Of a stretch of DNA of 64,000 nt, positions 22,395 to 38,071 are shown in pieces. Below the pieces are notes generated by a model. The model searched no databases. It was not told where the DNA came from and saw only the letters and a list, made by a program, of their open reading frames with translations. This DNA comes from Bigelowiella natans CCMP2755 (Eukaryota; Protista; Cercozoa): positions 1 to 64,000 of the forward strand of contig ADNK01000698.1 in NCBI GenBank assembly GCA_000320545.1. Reading direction: 5' to 3'. The translations under genes were made by a program, and so were the position numbers. How positions within the stretch are numbered: the stretch's first letter is position 1; every line of letters begins with the position of its first letter.

Positions 22395-25300
22395 TAATAT
22401 TCGCGTGCGCAGGATGCTGAGTGCATATAACGCTTGAATTCGATGTTAGCAAGTGCTCTACCGCCGGGCTGATAGGGCGCCATTGCGACGTCGACTTTGG
22501 ACACCCATAGCTCTTCCGACTGCTCCGTCTTATTCCGAAGCTTGTCCTTTGCGCTGAAGGCGTGCGTAATCTGACTCCACGCCTCTGCCCATTCTAATCG
22601 TTTCGACCCGTCGCTGTTGAGGATTGTGTTCGCCCCCCCCTCGCTGAAAGCCATGAAGAGGGTAATAAGAGAGCGTGAAAGATCACGACGACAAACGATG
22701 ATTAAAACTTATGAGGATATTAGCTAAGCATAAACGCCACACATATGCGCCTCTATTTGTCTAGAATGTCGCGTGCGTCGATCATGCAGTTTGTGGGCAA
22801 CCTGTCGCCTGTTCCAAGCCCTTGGAGAACCCATCTTCGGCGTGTATCCTTGAGACCGACATTGTACAGCCTCGCAAATATTTCAACTACCTCCTCGTAA
22901 TGCCCCTCGTACCACATGCGAAACTCATGCTGGCAGCGCTTCACGCGGGCCAAGATTGAGTAGCAGCGAGCACGGCATCGATGGACGTCGTAATCGCTGA
23001 TTCCCACGCTCGAGGGCGTGTTCTTTGGGGGGTTATATGAAAAGGGAGGGGGGTGGGCAGCAAAATCCCATCGTCAATATCAGTTGTCTTTTCATATTTT
23101 CCCCCTATCTCTGAGGTGATGATAGCAATGGGAGCAATTACGCTATAAATCGCAGTAGAGGTGGTAGTAGTAGTATAGCGTACCAGTGCCTTCTCCAGAT
23201 TCATCCTCCATGGCCCCCAGCTTCTTTCGAACAGTTTCAGCTGTGCTGAAGCTATTGTAGATGATGATCCATATTCCTCCCCTCCCCCCCCCCGCTCCCG
23301 TGACTTCAGAGTGTTCAATTCAAGGGGTGCAGGACGCCTTTTAGGCCTATCCCCGCTGGGGGTACTTGCAACTCCTGTAGATTGAGAGAGTTTCTTACTC
23401 TGCGGGGGTGTGCCTAATATTCCTACTGGTGTGAGGAGAGTAAATAAGTTTACTAACTTCCAAAACATGAGAAATCATGTATTGCTTCCTGAATGGATAT
23501 GGACTCGGTCGGAAATATGTATTTGGATGTATCTTAATGTTGCGGGATTGCAGTGGGGGGGCGATGGCGTCAGTCTGTTCACCTGCATTCTGCTTTAAGT
23601 CATCGTCGTCGTCATCGTCGTTGTACGCAAGCCTTCTGTTGTTGCCCTTCCTCGACTTTCGCTCGCCTCGCACATTGTAGCGACCGTTCTTCACGCCCCC
23701 CCCCCCGTAGCGGACAAGGGGGGAGTAACCGGTGGTAAAACGCTTCACACGCGTTCGGATTCGTGACGTTAGGCCAGTAGACCTCGATAAAAAACGCGAG
23801 TTATTACGCTGTACATTGCATCTGTTCCTCGCTACGTTACCGGCACCATTAAAGATCATCAGATATATTTTCATGGTTTTGTCTAGTTAAGTCTATCTTA
23901 GTGCCAAGTAAACCAAAAGTGTTTGGTGGACTCTGATGCTTCATTCGTCATTACCATCTCACAAGCGGATGTGGCTCAGAGGACCCAGAGGCTAGTACTA
24001 AGCAGCGGAAAGGAAAGGAATGTGGATTATCATTGCAAGCACATACAGAAGGTGGGGAAACGAGGGAAGATGAACATTGAGTATTGAGCATTTAGCTTGA
24101 CATTGTTGCGAAAGCTTCAACGTTCGAGCTAGGAAAACCACCTGGGGGTGTTTGTGGCTGTGGCGATTCGTCACTGTTAGTCTTCTTCTCATTATTATTT
24201 TTCTTCTTATTTTGGTTCTTTGTGCTGTGTCGATGCGTCTGCGACGAGGGAATATGATCTTTATCTATCCCTATCAGAAGAAGAGAAGGACGGGGGAGGT
24301 GGACGACGAGAGAGGGAGAAGGATAAATATAACGAAAAGGCAAAAAGGATGAGGGACAAAGTGCTGAACTTGTATATAATTCTGCTCTCTTCTTGTGTCC
24401 CCCACTTCCCTCCCCCCCCCCCCCCCTCTCTCCACCACATCTCAATTCCATCTTTATTGCACCAAGTGAGCTTGCCGCGGTGTTAAGCTGGGCCATCGCT
24501 GTCCCTTGACTGAGCGACGTTGATGCTGCCAACCGAGCGGCAGCTTTCTTCTTCACGTCGTTGCGTTGTAATTCAAAACGCGTTATTTCCGAGACGAATT
24601 CCATGATCATGTCGCGCGAGCGGGCGGACGGGTTAAATGAGAAGACGCTCGCATCATCGGCACCGCCCTCTCTCCCTTCAGGGGACGACGAGGGGGCAGG
24701 GCGATGAAAATACGCCTCCAAAGGCTTCATCAAGGAGTAGCTGTGTGGAGGGGAGGCACGGAGGGGCAGGCGATGAATATCGTGACATCCAATGCCGATG
24801 CGTGAAAAGCAAAACGAGAAGAGCAACCACGTTCATGTACACGTTAGTATGAGCTCTATCAGGCATAAAATAGCTTACGGATGGATGGAGGAGAGAGATA
24901 GGGTGGGATTCGCCGTCGCAGTCGTCTTAGGAAGAGGTGCGGAGAGGTGTTTGAACATTGGAGGGGTAGGAGCTGATGTGTTATCTGTGAACCATACAGA
25001 TGCGGACGCGGGGCGGGTAGCATCCTCGCCCTCCCTAACTACACCTGGCAAAGACAGCAGTAGCAAACATGGGTGCTTTGGGATACTATTGCTCACGCAA
25101 CATCCATATATGCATTGATACAAGTATTGATTTAACATTAGCACCTGGCGTAATATCCCAGGTAGAAGGCTTGTCCTTTCTATCATCATCGTCGTCGGTA
25201 CTTTTGCGGGTACTACCAACGTCGATGCTTTTAGCTTCTTTCTCTACGTATTTTTTATCACCATTCTCGTCAACACCATCCTCCTCGTTTCCCCCTGCAA

Positions 25301-27211
25301 TGCTCCCCTTCTCAGTCACGACGCTCTCTCCATCCGTAATCGAGTTCAGGCTGAAGACAGAGGGGGGTGCCTTCGGCGTATCGGGTGAAAGCGAGGTCGA
25401 GAGGGGGGAGAGGGAGGAAATTTTGCCTAGAGGAGGAATACAATTATCGACGAAAGACAGAGGAAGCCAAAAAAAAAAAAAGCCGGAAAACATCATCAAA
25501 ATCATTCAAAACATCGACAGCGGTTGGCGAGATCGCATAATCTTACTGTCGTCAATTTCCAGCAGGTTGTTGGCCTCGAGCAACTCAAACACCTTTATTT
25601 GCGCCTCCCGATTTGGTACGTGAACGCCCCTCTCCGGGCTCATAATGCGACGAAGCAGGCACAATATGTTTTCGCAAGTGTAGTACCTGGAAACGTGTGT
25701 GTTGAGAAAATAAAATATTAGTGTTTTGGACACATCGGTAAGACGATTCGGCGTGTATGTCACATTGCGATCATCATTTAAATGGAACGATTATTTATTT
25801 CTTCCCTTTCAAATAGTTTCTCAATGGTTTCAGCATTCGAATTTGTCAACGTCGTCGTCGTCATTGTCGTAATTATCGTTCCCCCTACTACAGCTCCTTC
25901 TACAACTACTACTCGTCTGATTGAAAGAAGCGCAGGCGAAGGTAAGAAGCAAAGAGAGTGGTAATCTGTGCTTCCTGAAACAAACGGCAAAAGTGCGGCC
26001 GAACGCGGCAGATGGCGAGTAGAATATCAATGACTCGATTCGCACAAGAGTACCTACATGCACACAACAAAGAGAAAAATACGATTAGTATTACGAAAAC
26101 AAAGGCCGTCAACGAGCAATGATGTTTTGCGTTATGTATTGTCTCGGCTTGCACGAAGAGGGTGTTGCCGTATTTCGCTACGAACACTGTTGGAACGGTA
26201 TAATAGTTCACCAAAGAGTGGGTTCTTTTTTGCAATGTGATCATCGCTAAATACTCATCATCATTTTCTTATTCTTCCCAATTTTCAAAAGTAAGTGTTA
26301 ATGTATTACTCCCAGGGTGTTGGCTCCTCAGCCTCGTCGTCCGGTGTGCAGAATCGTATCAGATTCATGCATGTTTGAGGGAATTTCACCTACACATAAT
26401 AATAATGCGGCACAACAGTAGAACGGGGGGGGGAGGAGGGAGGGAGGGGTGAATAAATATCGCCCAATATAGCTTTGTTTTAATCTCAACTGCCCTACCG
26501 AATCTAACAGCTCCACGTTCTTAGCGCAGAGCGCTGGCGAGCGAGCGGAAAGGTATGGCCTCTCCCACGCCACATCGATCCCAATAAAGATGAATAGAAT
26601 ACGCAGGCAATGACTTATCACTGTCTCCAACGCCTCCTTCCCATCTCTATCGCTGTATTCACCGAGCCTCATCGTCATCTTTCGAACCGTGGAGTCGAGG
26701 GAGGGGCGTGCGAGGGGTGAGTGAGGGGTGGAAGAGTAATCGGATTGTGGCGAAGCCACGCTAAGCACGCGTCCCAGACCTTCATGAGGAGAGGGAGGTG
26801 GAGGTTAGTGAGCGGATATTTCCAAATTGCATCAACTTTTTTAATGTTATATTATGTCTTTCCACTCCGAACAACTTTCTGTCTTCTTCGTGTTTGCAGC
26901 TCTAACTGTACCCCACAATGCAAGATAATCTCTGCTCTTCTAAACAAAACACAAATCATTCCTTATCACCTGGAATTCCTCCCCCCCCGCGATGATGCAC
27001 GTCTGGAGTCGTTACAGTAAGGTTGAGGTAGGATGAAGGCGACCGCCCCTCCGCCCCCGCCCCCACTGTTTCGTCTCGATCTACCCCTGAGGCTACTCCA
27101 TATTGGCAAGATTTGTTCTTTCTTCGGTGAACTCCACCGCCCCCTGTGCCCCATCGTAACGAGGCGGAGGAAAGCATCGATGTCATCTTGAAAGTGTACA
27201 AACAACACACG

Positions 27212-27245
<34 letters not shown>

Positions 27246-27675
27246 ATATAATTTGACACATATCAAGATGAAATGCATATATGTATATAACGCGTGCGAT
27301 TATTAATCCGAATTAGGCAAAAATCAGTCCCGAAAATCGAGCGAACACAAAGACGAGCCACAATCAGCACATACTCCTACACATATTTAGATGATTGACG
27401 GAACTACATCTATTCTCTTCATTTTGGGATTCGCAGTTACACCTTGCGGCGTCTGAGATCCTCGTCGTTATAAGTGCTACTATGGCTATTCTTCATGCTC
27501 AGTGATACGATCCGGATAAGCTGATCGTGAAAATTGAGTGCTGCGAGAGAGGCCTGCAAAACTCGACGCTCGTCGTTTCCATTGTTGCTCCCCCCCTTAG
27601 TAAGAGTTAGTATGGACAAAGGTAAATTAAAGTAAACGGTAAAAATACTCTCCTCTTTCCCCCCGCCCCCTCTAG

Positions 27676-27756
<81 letters not shown>

Positions 27757-28856
27757 CATATGTCTGTGATAAAAGTTATGCCTTTGCAGCTGTGGAGCAC
27801 CAAGCAACATAAAGCTTTGGGAATGTGGCAATTTTTCCTCTGCGCTCGCTTTTAATGTGAAAGTTTGTAGGAGCAATTGTAAGATACGATTACTTACTTT
27901 CCGGCTTTCGTTGGAGGCGCGTCTTCCCCTCCCTACTTTTGTGTCGTGTTTGCGGTCTGCTGCTGCTGCAGCTGCTTTGGGCTCTTCAGTGGAAAGGTGA
28001 CGCTGCGGAATCTACAAATATTAAGACAAGGGGAGAGGGAGGGCGGGAGGTCTAATTGATTACGATAATTTTAGCTGCCATCGACTTCAAATTGCTCCCG
28101 ACTGTGACAGTTTCGTTTTCTCTTTCTCGATCCTATTACCTTCCACCCCAAGCCCAAAGGAAGAACTATCTCTCCGCTGTTTGACTATTACGCCTACTAA
28201 CCATCCAAAGAACGTCATACCGTGTCTTGCCTCCACGGTTCAATGGTAAGCCGAAGCCTAATCTGCAAATCATTGAGAACCTGGGGAGGCGGGGAGGGGG
28301 GGGGGGGGGGGGGGGGATTGCGATAAGATAATTTACTGGCTACACCGACAATATTAAATGATTTCCCTAGTAACAAGCTGCAAGGCGAGGGTCTCGCTGC
28401 TCACCATTTGGAGGGCCTTCCATTCTTTCGAGGAGCATGCGCATTCCTAACAACCATTATTGCGATGCGAGGAATACGGTCATTAACATAGGCAATATTA
28501 AGATCAATAGTCAACCACCATCTTTAGCAATTTTTTGTTTCAAAAGAGGAGAAGAGAGAACGGGGAGAGAAGATAGGCCGGCGAAGAGGGGACAAGCTTC
28601 GTCTAGACGACGTTAGATTGATATGGATGTGCTTGTTTTATATATATTTCTAGGTCGTGTGGGGGTCCTGCCTCATCGAACTCCTCCAAAACAAGCGATA
28701 TGTCATGAAGCTGATGGTATAGCGGCGGCGCAATTCCCTTCGTCATGTTCACTAAGACCTTTAGATGGCATCATTAATAAGAATTGAGAACCAAGGCAAA
28801 TTTGAGTTGTAACGTGCTATCATCCGCTCACTCTCCTTCTGCTGATATGTCGAAAC

Positions 28857-28901
<45 letters not shown>

Positions 28902-30799
28902 CCATTGTTTTAATGTATATATCAGGATTTAGTCTATCCTTCGCCAGATCCTAACCTCGTGCAGGCAGTCACGAGCCAGGCACTGCGCGTAGAGATCAGC
29001 AATTGCTAGCTCATGCTTACGAGTTACAGCAGCCCAATGCTGAGAACAATTAAAGAGGAGACCTTAAGCAGATGTACGTGTTTGTTTACTTTCGCGCGCT
29101 AACACACACACACGCGCGCGCGCGCGCGCATAATCTGGGTAAGTCTTTCGACTTTATTGTTTCTACCTCGGGGCCTCCAGCCTTGCTCGTGAGGCTCTTG
29201 CTGCCTATCCTCTTTCCTTCCCGATCGCTCTTAGAGAATATCAGCATATCGCTGCCCTTCTTAAGCAGCTGTTCGACGAAGTCACGAATCTCTACCGGAA
29301 ATTGACCGCGAATATTGTGGCGCTCACGGTAAAAGTGCAAGGATTTTAGCTTCGGTCGAACGTATAAAACCGTCATTAGCTTTGTATTGGTAGTCAATGC
29401 CATTTAAGTGTAATGCCGAAGAGGTAGAAAAAAGGGGGTATGGGGAGAGGAGGAAGGAGGAGAAACACATAATAAACACATCAGTATCAACTATTAAACT
29501 TGAAACAGACATATGACTCCAACACTCACGCCTATCAAAAAATGGCGCATGAATATGTGAGTGAGAACAAATTAAATGCGTTTGGTGCGTGGTTGACGCC
29601 TACATCCATGGTCAACAAATATCAGAATCCTATCCATCAATTTATACTGTAAGCATTTTATCTATATACGTTCACCACCTCGACAACATTACGCCTGAGA
29701 CGCAACAAATCCACACTGTTTCTCTTCGTTGGCTTTCTGGAGGTTGCAAGAAGATCTATGGTGGCCTTTATCGCAGGGAGTTGGAGCAGCTCACGGATCT
29801 TCTCGATTACCTGAAAACAACAACTCGTTCAGCAATGAAGGTGACGACGACCATGCTGCACAAAGAAACTCAATGCTCATTGTCGCGAAAGGGTGCTTGG
29901 GAAATATGTACTACCACTGTATACTATAATACTACCGTAGGATTCACAGCTGCCAGCTTGCAAATGAGCCACAAGCAGCCTCGAAAATAGCTCAGCGACA
30001 CCCTTCTACGCTGTGATTGGTTCGGCCCCTCCCCCCGCCGTTTCTTAACTGTTGCAGTTGGAGATGTGATCTTTGCAGAGGACGACGGCTGCTTGCCGAT
30101 ATCAACGAGCCACTCAGTCAAGCGAACCTCATCAGAGAGGGACACGGAAACTTCTCCCCCAGTCCCGTTGTAGTAGTTGCTGTTTGGGTTTCTGCTTTGG
30201 CTGTATCTGTGAAGGAGAAGATGAAGAAGGAGAAGAGTGTAATGGGATAGCAAGAGAGAGGGGAGGGAATGGGGGAGATGGGGGAGATGGGCACAGGTAA
30301 AGAGTGGATCAGCATGGTTTTATCGTATAGTTTTCAGTATTAAAAGCCAGCTATCTTGAGCGATGCATTTCCCTCTCCCTTCTCCTGCCCCCCCTCCAAA
30401 AAACCTTTTTTTTCCCTTCGCACACATGCTTGTTTTTTGTTTTACTCACTCAGCCTGGAGCACGGGGGAGGACAGCCCCGACGGTATGGGGCTGAGCGTA
30501 GAATCCAACGGGTTGTTGCCTGTGTGATAACTGTTGTGTTGCGGGCTCATCATCGCACCAGCACGGCCGATTATCGTCGTCGCCTGGCGCAAGATCCACT
30601 TGTGGACTTTGCAGGACTTCTCATCGTACGGCAGATTCTTAGCGTCTAGCGAACGCGGCTTGCAGATCTTTATGAAGATCTCTTTGTTGTTCATCCAAAT
30701 CGACGGGTAGAGCCTCAGAGGAGAACAAATGATTAGCATCAAGAAACGAAGACGATGACGACAACGACGACGACAAAATCCTCAGTCCTTATATACCAC

Positions 30800-30850
<51 letters not shown>

Positions 30851-32934
30851 TATTAAAGGAAAATCTGCTCCTTAATTTCTACCTCGAAAAGCCTTCCTGC
30901 ACTAGTCGAGAGCCTTTAAAGAAGAACTTCTTAAACACCGCCTCCTGGTTAGCCTCGATGGGCAGATCGCGTTCATCCATCAGAAACGCCGCGAGGAAAT
31001 CGGGTAGCTTTTCCCAGCAGACTCGAAAATTGTGTCGGAATACGCGCTCGGCGTACGAAATCCACACCGAGTTGTTAGCCAGTTTCTCCGGGTTGTTCTT
31101 GTATGTATAGCGAATCATGTAGAGCAAATCCACCGCGAGAGGATACGTTGAAACAAGCTCGCCGCGCTCAAACGCCTACAACGGCAGTTCGGAGAGATGA
31201 AAAGGAATTGGAGCAGCATAGGGAGAGAGGAAGAGGGGGTGGGGAGGTAGAGAGGGTGTGATATGAGAGAGTAATAAAGAACACAATCGTCATCTGAAAG
31301 ATATGGTAATAAATTTCATATCGCTATTGCACTGGCTCAATAGCTGCTCATAAAGTGCTTGTGAAAGACTTCTTCTCCTTCCAGTAGCACTACCTTACGC
31401 TCCTTGTCGCGGTTTTTCGGTGCCCCCTCCCTCGTAATCCAGTCCCAAGCGTATTCCAACAGGGTGACTTTCTCTTTTCGAGCCCCCGTCTCGTTATCTC
31501 GCCTCCACATTTCCATTCCAGCGCATTTATTCTTTATGGCACGGTTTTGCCACATAACCTTTGAAGGAAGGTGGCTGGTGTTAGAGATATCTCATATTGC
31601 TTCTTCGACACAGACAAAGACGTACAGTTGCTGTCACGTGGCGAGTCTCTATGTTTTTGGTGTGGATATTAGTCTGGCATTTTCAAAATGTGTGTGATAT
31701 GATGTGATATGATATGATAGCTTCTCGCGGTTCAGTCTCAGCCACCAATTTGAGGAAGTTGAGGAGCGAGATGAGAAAGCTTTCGAAGCATTCCGTGGCA
31801 CGTACGAGCAGCTTATAGAACTTCTTGAATCCATCTGGCAACGTGTAGTCGAAGCCGGGGATCACAGTCGCGCCGCTACTACTTCTGGGATAAAGGAGGG
31901 GGAGGAGAGGGGGGGACAATGATAGAAACTTAGCATTTTAATCTTTCTTTTCTTCCTCCTCTTCCCTCCAATAACCGCACCTCCACCTCTCTCATCTTCT
32001 GACTTCATCCTCTACCACGACTATCATAAGTTGTCTGGTTCGTGACACATTCAAAGCTACAAACCGAGCGCTCCTCTCCTTCCTTTCCTCCTCTTCCTGC
32101 TGCTGAGGCCTTCCCTTGCCATTATTCCTGGCTTTTTGCTGCCTCTTCATCGCGCGAGCGATCATAGCACGCCCCCCACCCAGGCGCTCGATGATTTGGG
32201 CCACGCACGTATTCATTTTCCGGGGGAAGCCATCACAGTCGAGGAGACGGTTTATACCGTTCTTTATGGTGACTGAGTTATCTGCCCTCAGCCCTGCCTC
32301 GAGCGCCAGCTGTAATGCGTAGAGGAGGACTTGCGGGTGCTAAGATAGTGTACCACATCACCAGAAGCAAGGTCGGAGGAGGGAGGGGGGGGCGAGGATA
32401 AAAATCAAGGTATGACCCGATGCGAAGCATAATGAGGAGGACAAATTGCTTTTTTCGATCCTATTCGTAGTGAGGAGATGAGAAGTGGATCACATAAACA
32501 TGATGGATGTATTATGTTTGTATGTCTCTCTATGTGTGCGCGGGGGGAGGAGGGGGGGGGTATGTTACTATTCAGTAGTTACTACTCAGCAGTTAGTAAG
32601 GCAAGTGATTCAGAGAAGTGGATAACCGTTCCAGCTCTAATGATGAGTTCTCTCGCTACTTGCACCTAATAATATCAGAAAATGCTCATCTGATGATAAA
32701 ATTTCCAGAAGGTACATATGTGTCGTTGTGTTGATATGTGTGTGTTAGCAGCACAGCAGCGCACATTTCGTCTTCGTCTTTCCATCTTGCTTCAAATTTA
32801 GAGGTAATAAGGCCTATTTTTCATCAACTCTACCCGTGCGTTGTTGAGGGTTTCAATGATGATAAGAGTATTGCTGATAACGTGCAGTCGCATCATTAAC
32901 CGCTGCTTCTCTGGAATCTTATTTCCTGGGTAAT

Positions 32935-32979
<45 letters not shown>

Positions 32980-33062
32980 TGGGGGAGGTAATGCTGGTGT
33001 TTTATCACGTTACACTAAATTGCATGCTAAGATAGACTAGCTATTCCTCTCCCTCTATCTCT

Positions 33063-33112
<50 letters not shown>

Positions 33113-33215
33113 CCTTCCCCAACCCCCATTTCCTCCTCCAACTCCCAAGTATGAAGGTAACAACAACCGCGGCGTTTTGAAGTGTCCAGGCGAGTTCCTT
33201 GGAGGGAGTAAGGAG

Positions 33216-33258
<43 letters not shown>

Positions 33259-35494
33259 TACAGGGAGGGGTAAGAGTGAGGTTAATGACTGTAAAACCAT
33301 CCTGAAGGCACCAATGACTATATCCAGATCAGAAGACTTTCATATCTTGAGGGGGAAATGGGGGGGGGGTGGGGGGGGGATGGACCGTCTGTGCATGTCC
33401 GAGCAAGGTTATCGATGAGCTCCACAAGATGCGCTATTTTCTCCTCACACTGAAGCACACGTTTTTGGACCGTACGTCGGTTATTAGATAGAACCTCCTT
33501 CACACCTAGGAGGAGAGTGCGAGTTTAACGAGAGAGACAGAGGAGGGAGGAGGATGAAGCGAGGAAGTGCGGGAGAGAAAGATAAAGAGAGCGGAATATA
33601 TAGAGGATGGGATTGAGAGTTTGAACGAAACACAACATAAAAACTTGTCTAAGTTCCACTCTTCCAGTTATACTACTCCTTCCCAATTTTGTGTGGTAAA
33701 TGGATTGATATCGTTAGACATCAGAGATAGTGGACATAAAGGTTGTTCGTGAGGAGAACTACGATATACCATCTCTTGGTTTTATATCACTATGATTACT
33801 ATAATTATATGAGTAAAAAAGAAAGAAGAAAAATACAAATACTATTACCTGTTTCCTTATAAAATTTATAAAAGTCGAGGATGCTACTTTGGGCATACCT
33901 GGGCGACGTTAAAGAGAATATCAATTGCTGTGCTTTCATATTTCGATCAAAGAGCAACATATTTAGCTGGCTACGGATTGTTCGTCGGTTACCAGATATC
34001 GTAAAAGCTCTCCAATTGTTTAGGCTGGATGAGCTTGAGTTGAAACACGTCTGGTGATGAGAGTGAGGACAAGGGGGGGGGGCGACGAAACTAGCATGAG
34101 AATTAAGGGAGAGACAAGCAACTTCATCTCATCTTGACCTTTCCACGGAGGCTTATCCTCATCGTACTTCCAAAGCTTCATAGGGCTGGATCCGCATTTG
34201 TAATATTCGTCTTCACCGTGCCCCACCCAATACCACCTTAATGTTTGAAACGGGAAAACGGGGGGGGGCGATGAGGGCGTTGTTATGCGTGCATTTGCAC
34301 GAGTGAAGAAATGAAAACAAGAAACATTTGAATGATGGCTGCGTTGCTATTCTACTAGTGCTCCTCCATTCCTTTTTCCTTTCAGTGCCTATCATCATTA
34401 CCGTTGTCTGGTCGAGCAAACTGCAATATGAACCATGGACTCGATATGCACGAACGGTGGGGTGAATGAAGGAGCCTTCTTCTCTACTCCCCAGGCTCCA
34501 TTGCTACTGCTAAACGTGGATCCTGTGCCCTTTCGATTGTAGTCGTGTAAACGAAAACGAAACCTAGGAATGATGTGGCAAAGCAGCTGTAACTACAGTG
34601 ATGAGGATGGAATAGGCTAGGGAAGAGAGAGAGAGAGAGAGAAGGAGAGAGATGGGGAGACGGAGAGGCTACCTTGAGGCTCGATCACGGTTACTTGTCA
34701 CCTTCCACGAGCCATTAGCACCCGTATCATTCATCTCCAGAACCAGAAATAAGCCTGATAATTTATTGACCAGAAGGCCCTCAAAGATCATGGCTTTCGT
34801 CTTGGTGGTTCTCCAATACTGTGCGAGGCCGCTGTTTGCGGTGTACTTCGCATCGCAGTCCAGCTGCCACACTGCTAGAGGATTGCTCACAAAATCCGAG
34901 GAAAAGCGAAGGTTTATATTGGTACGACCCTGCAAGGGAACATAAGGAGGAAGGGGGGGGGGGGGGGGGGGAGAGGAAAATGCAAGAAGGGGGGAAGCTT
35001 TTTACGTTGAGGAGTTTGGAGAGGATTGCAGTCTATCCCCCTCCAAATTGGAGAGCATAGGAAATGCCATGTATCCCGAACAAATACGATGGCACTTCTG
35101 TTGTGCTGTTTCTGCTATTATGACTATGACTATGGCATTTTCAGACGTACTACCTACATCTCGCATTTTACTACCTCGTCATCTGCCTTCGACTCCATTG
35201 TGGAAATACGGCCAACGGGATTGCTCACTGTGCGGTCACGGTAAAGCAATGGATCTCCGCTGGGCATCTCCTCGTCTAAACCGCCGCCATCTTTGCCCTC
35301 CTCGTCAATTACCAACATCCTCCCTGTTTTCATGTCGCTGCTCCTCGCTGAGGTGTGTATGTGGATGGTGGTCAATTTGTGGGTAGTATGGTGACAGCCA
35401 GTCGCAGCTACAGCCATAGTAGTGCTTGCTTTGCATTTGCGTGTGTGTGTGTGTGTGCATGCGTGGGTGGGTGCGTTTATGCGCGGGTCTAGTC

Positions 35495-35537
<43 letters not shown>

Positions 35538-36950
35538 TGTAGTTATGCTGCCGGTGCTTTCAAGCGACTTTTAGAAAGCCTAAGGTCGGTCCTCGGCGGG
35601 AGGTTGGACTGTGCTTTACCCGCCCCTTTAACATCGCTGTCTTTGTTGCTACTCGCAGCTCCCGCCGCGAGAATAAGCTGGAAACAATCTTCGGCTGTGA
35701 TTGAACTCGAATTAGCAGAAGACGCGGCGATGGCTCGCACAGAATTAAGGCCAATGTATTGCAGCTGCAACAAGTCGCCATGTCGTAGATGCCTGCGTAT
35801 GGAAAATATGAGAGTATAGCAAAAGTCTTATTCATACTGAAACTGAGATCACTTACGTTAGCTCCCCAAGCGCGTCCCTCATGACTCGGACCTTCCACAA
35901 CGACTCCACGGCCTTCTTACTAGCGAGAGCTACGCTTTCGAGCTGATGGGCGAATATCACATTTTCTGGATTTTCTTCATCGTATTTAAGATAGTAATAG
36001 TTGGAGTCGGTGCCATGTGCTTGCATCCATAAATAACCATGCCGCTTTTGAATGCGGTCGCCTGAGAAGCGCAGCAAAAAAGAACAGCGGATGAGAGTCG
36101 GATTAGGAACATTTCTCTTCAATTATGTATGCAGAATGAAAATTGTGCGCACTATCATACCATGATTCACGAAGCCATTGTCCGGAGGCATGATGGTAAG
36201 ATCCACGCCCTTAACATCTAAAGTCATGGACATCGAGCCATCATCCTGCACTCCTTTATCCGCATCACGGGATTGGAGGAAGAGCGAGCTAAACAACGAA
36301 ACATATCATCGCTTACAGCTTACAGCACAACATCATTCTCCACTTCCCAAGAATAAATATAGTTTGAAGCTTGATTGCAAACCTATACACGTGTCGTAGC
36401 TTTATTTTGTCGCCATAGCGCAACTCCTCCCCTGGGGGGCGGAAAAGGCACACGAATTGCCACAGGCAGCTCTCCTCGTAGTGGACCGGGTTGAGCAAAC
36501 ATGAGATCTTTCCTTTGCTTACTTTACGATTCCTGCCCAGATAATATGGGAGCGACTCCGGGGACAGCTCCACGATGTCACCACTGATAAATGAATGGGT
36601 TTAAAAGATTCTTGACTGGAATGCGATAAGAAAGCGTTTACTTCTTTATATAGCCGAGCGCTTCGATTCCTGTCACATCTGCAAGGGATCTGCTGGAATA
36701 GTCCTGATGAAATGATATAAGTGATTTTTTGGCTATCATGAATGTCATTGTTTGCGCAATTTCTAGCTGCGTAATTTCAGACGTCTTCAAAGGAAGCTGT
36801 GGGCAAATACCCATAGGATTATTCCGATTCAGAATTCCGCATTAAGTACGGACAATATCTACTAATTCTGTTGCTGAATTCTGATCGAAACTTGGGTGGA
36901 AGAGTGTATGATAGGGAGCTAATTGCCTTAGGGGGGACAGGCCCCTCCAT
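12251..36950 (-). CDS. ITPR: Inositol 1,4,5-trisphosphate receptor / ryanodine receptor family Ca2+-release channel, many exons
   Basis: N-terminal beta-trefoil-like SCLWQFVCLFRPPGEELRYGDKIKLRHVY (~36400-36500). RIH-associated motifs ELALGFMYRLCMGGNGGDAADYLRDQEGDRDHNLVSE (~16970-17085) and LSEVCYGPNTSNQNLIG (~16390-16440). Hydrophobic TM exons at 13290-14340. Pore/S6 CDTLWGCVQRAVDLGFR...ILVSIITGIIIDTFAEMRE. C-terminal zinc motif CVIC...HITVEHSIWAY. The last exon 12379-12251 (VLLEGDSKLWRIIPL...EEEE) ends in TGA. The start ATG at 36950 is inferred. Confidence 0.9.
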
Positions 36951-38071
36951 CTTGGAGGATAGCAGTCGGTATTCAAAAGAGGTGATTCGTTTTGTCATGC
37001 AATCACTCACTCGTAGCTGTAATTGCTGCTGAAAGCAAGAGCCGCCATCAACTTCCCGTCTAATTTTTTCCCGGCGGCTCAATGCACGTCAAGCCATTGC
37101 TGCACAATGAACTCTTGGAAGCAAGCGCACGGGTCGAATGTATCTCGTCGGCCACGGAGGACCGATGTCGTCCTATTTAAAGCAGGTTAAGATGCCTCAT
37201 TTCTCATTTGGTCAATAATGTCTATTTTTATTTCGCGACAACAAAAACACGTCAAACGATGATAGAATCTCCTTTAATTTTAGATTCCATATGGTGGTCT
37301 CTGTTATTTCGTTTACAGATCTGAGAACGTTTGTCGCTTTAAGAAATTGCACAGTAATGTTCATAAAGAACTCCTCTTGTGGAAATGATAGGCCGAAATA
37401 TTCGTACTAAAAAAAGGTTTTTAGAAAAATCTTTTACGTTTTGGGAAATACCGGGCTAATCCCGAAGTATATGCAAGAGAATAGGTGAATTTTGAAGTCG
37501 CATTAGGCGAACATCCTTTTGGGACCACGTTCTGATCTTATCCGGTGATATTTCCACAAAAAGGGTAAAATTATCGCATTATACCTTGACGACATGTCCA
37601 GATTGCTGAAATCGATGGGAATACGCCGGGGTACAGCTTAGTTCATTGCGAATGTTATGCATCCGAAGTGCTCAAAACCCAAGAAGCTGCGGTTAGCCCT
37701 CCCTCTCTCGTGTTGATGCATGTATCGTGACTTCAATAACTTAAAATGCATTGGATGGGTGTAGAATTTCATTTATATGGGACATTTATTTGTCTTGCAA
37801 ACGCAAGAGTGCTCCATTAGTCGACACTACCTTTACAGTGTGAGGGGGGTACCACACAACACAATTCTATGGCATTGCGAATTAAAAGCTGGAGAAGCGA
37901 GGCTTCGATACTCTATTAGAGCCGCAAAAGTCCTGGCGTAGAGCACGCATTCGCAAACATAGGCTAATCAATATATATAAGTTCACCAATGAACCAGAGA
38001 AAGATAATGCTTTTATGATAGGTTGGTTTTGCTTCTCTTTACTCGCAGGGGACGTACAGGGACTCAGCAGA

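Noticed and set aside
35853-36122. PH domain inside the IP3R N-terminus (HGYLWMQ)
   Set aside because: The remaining PH pattern is absent, and SLWKVRV fits the receptor's beta-trefoil repeats.
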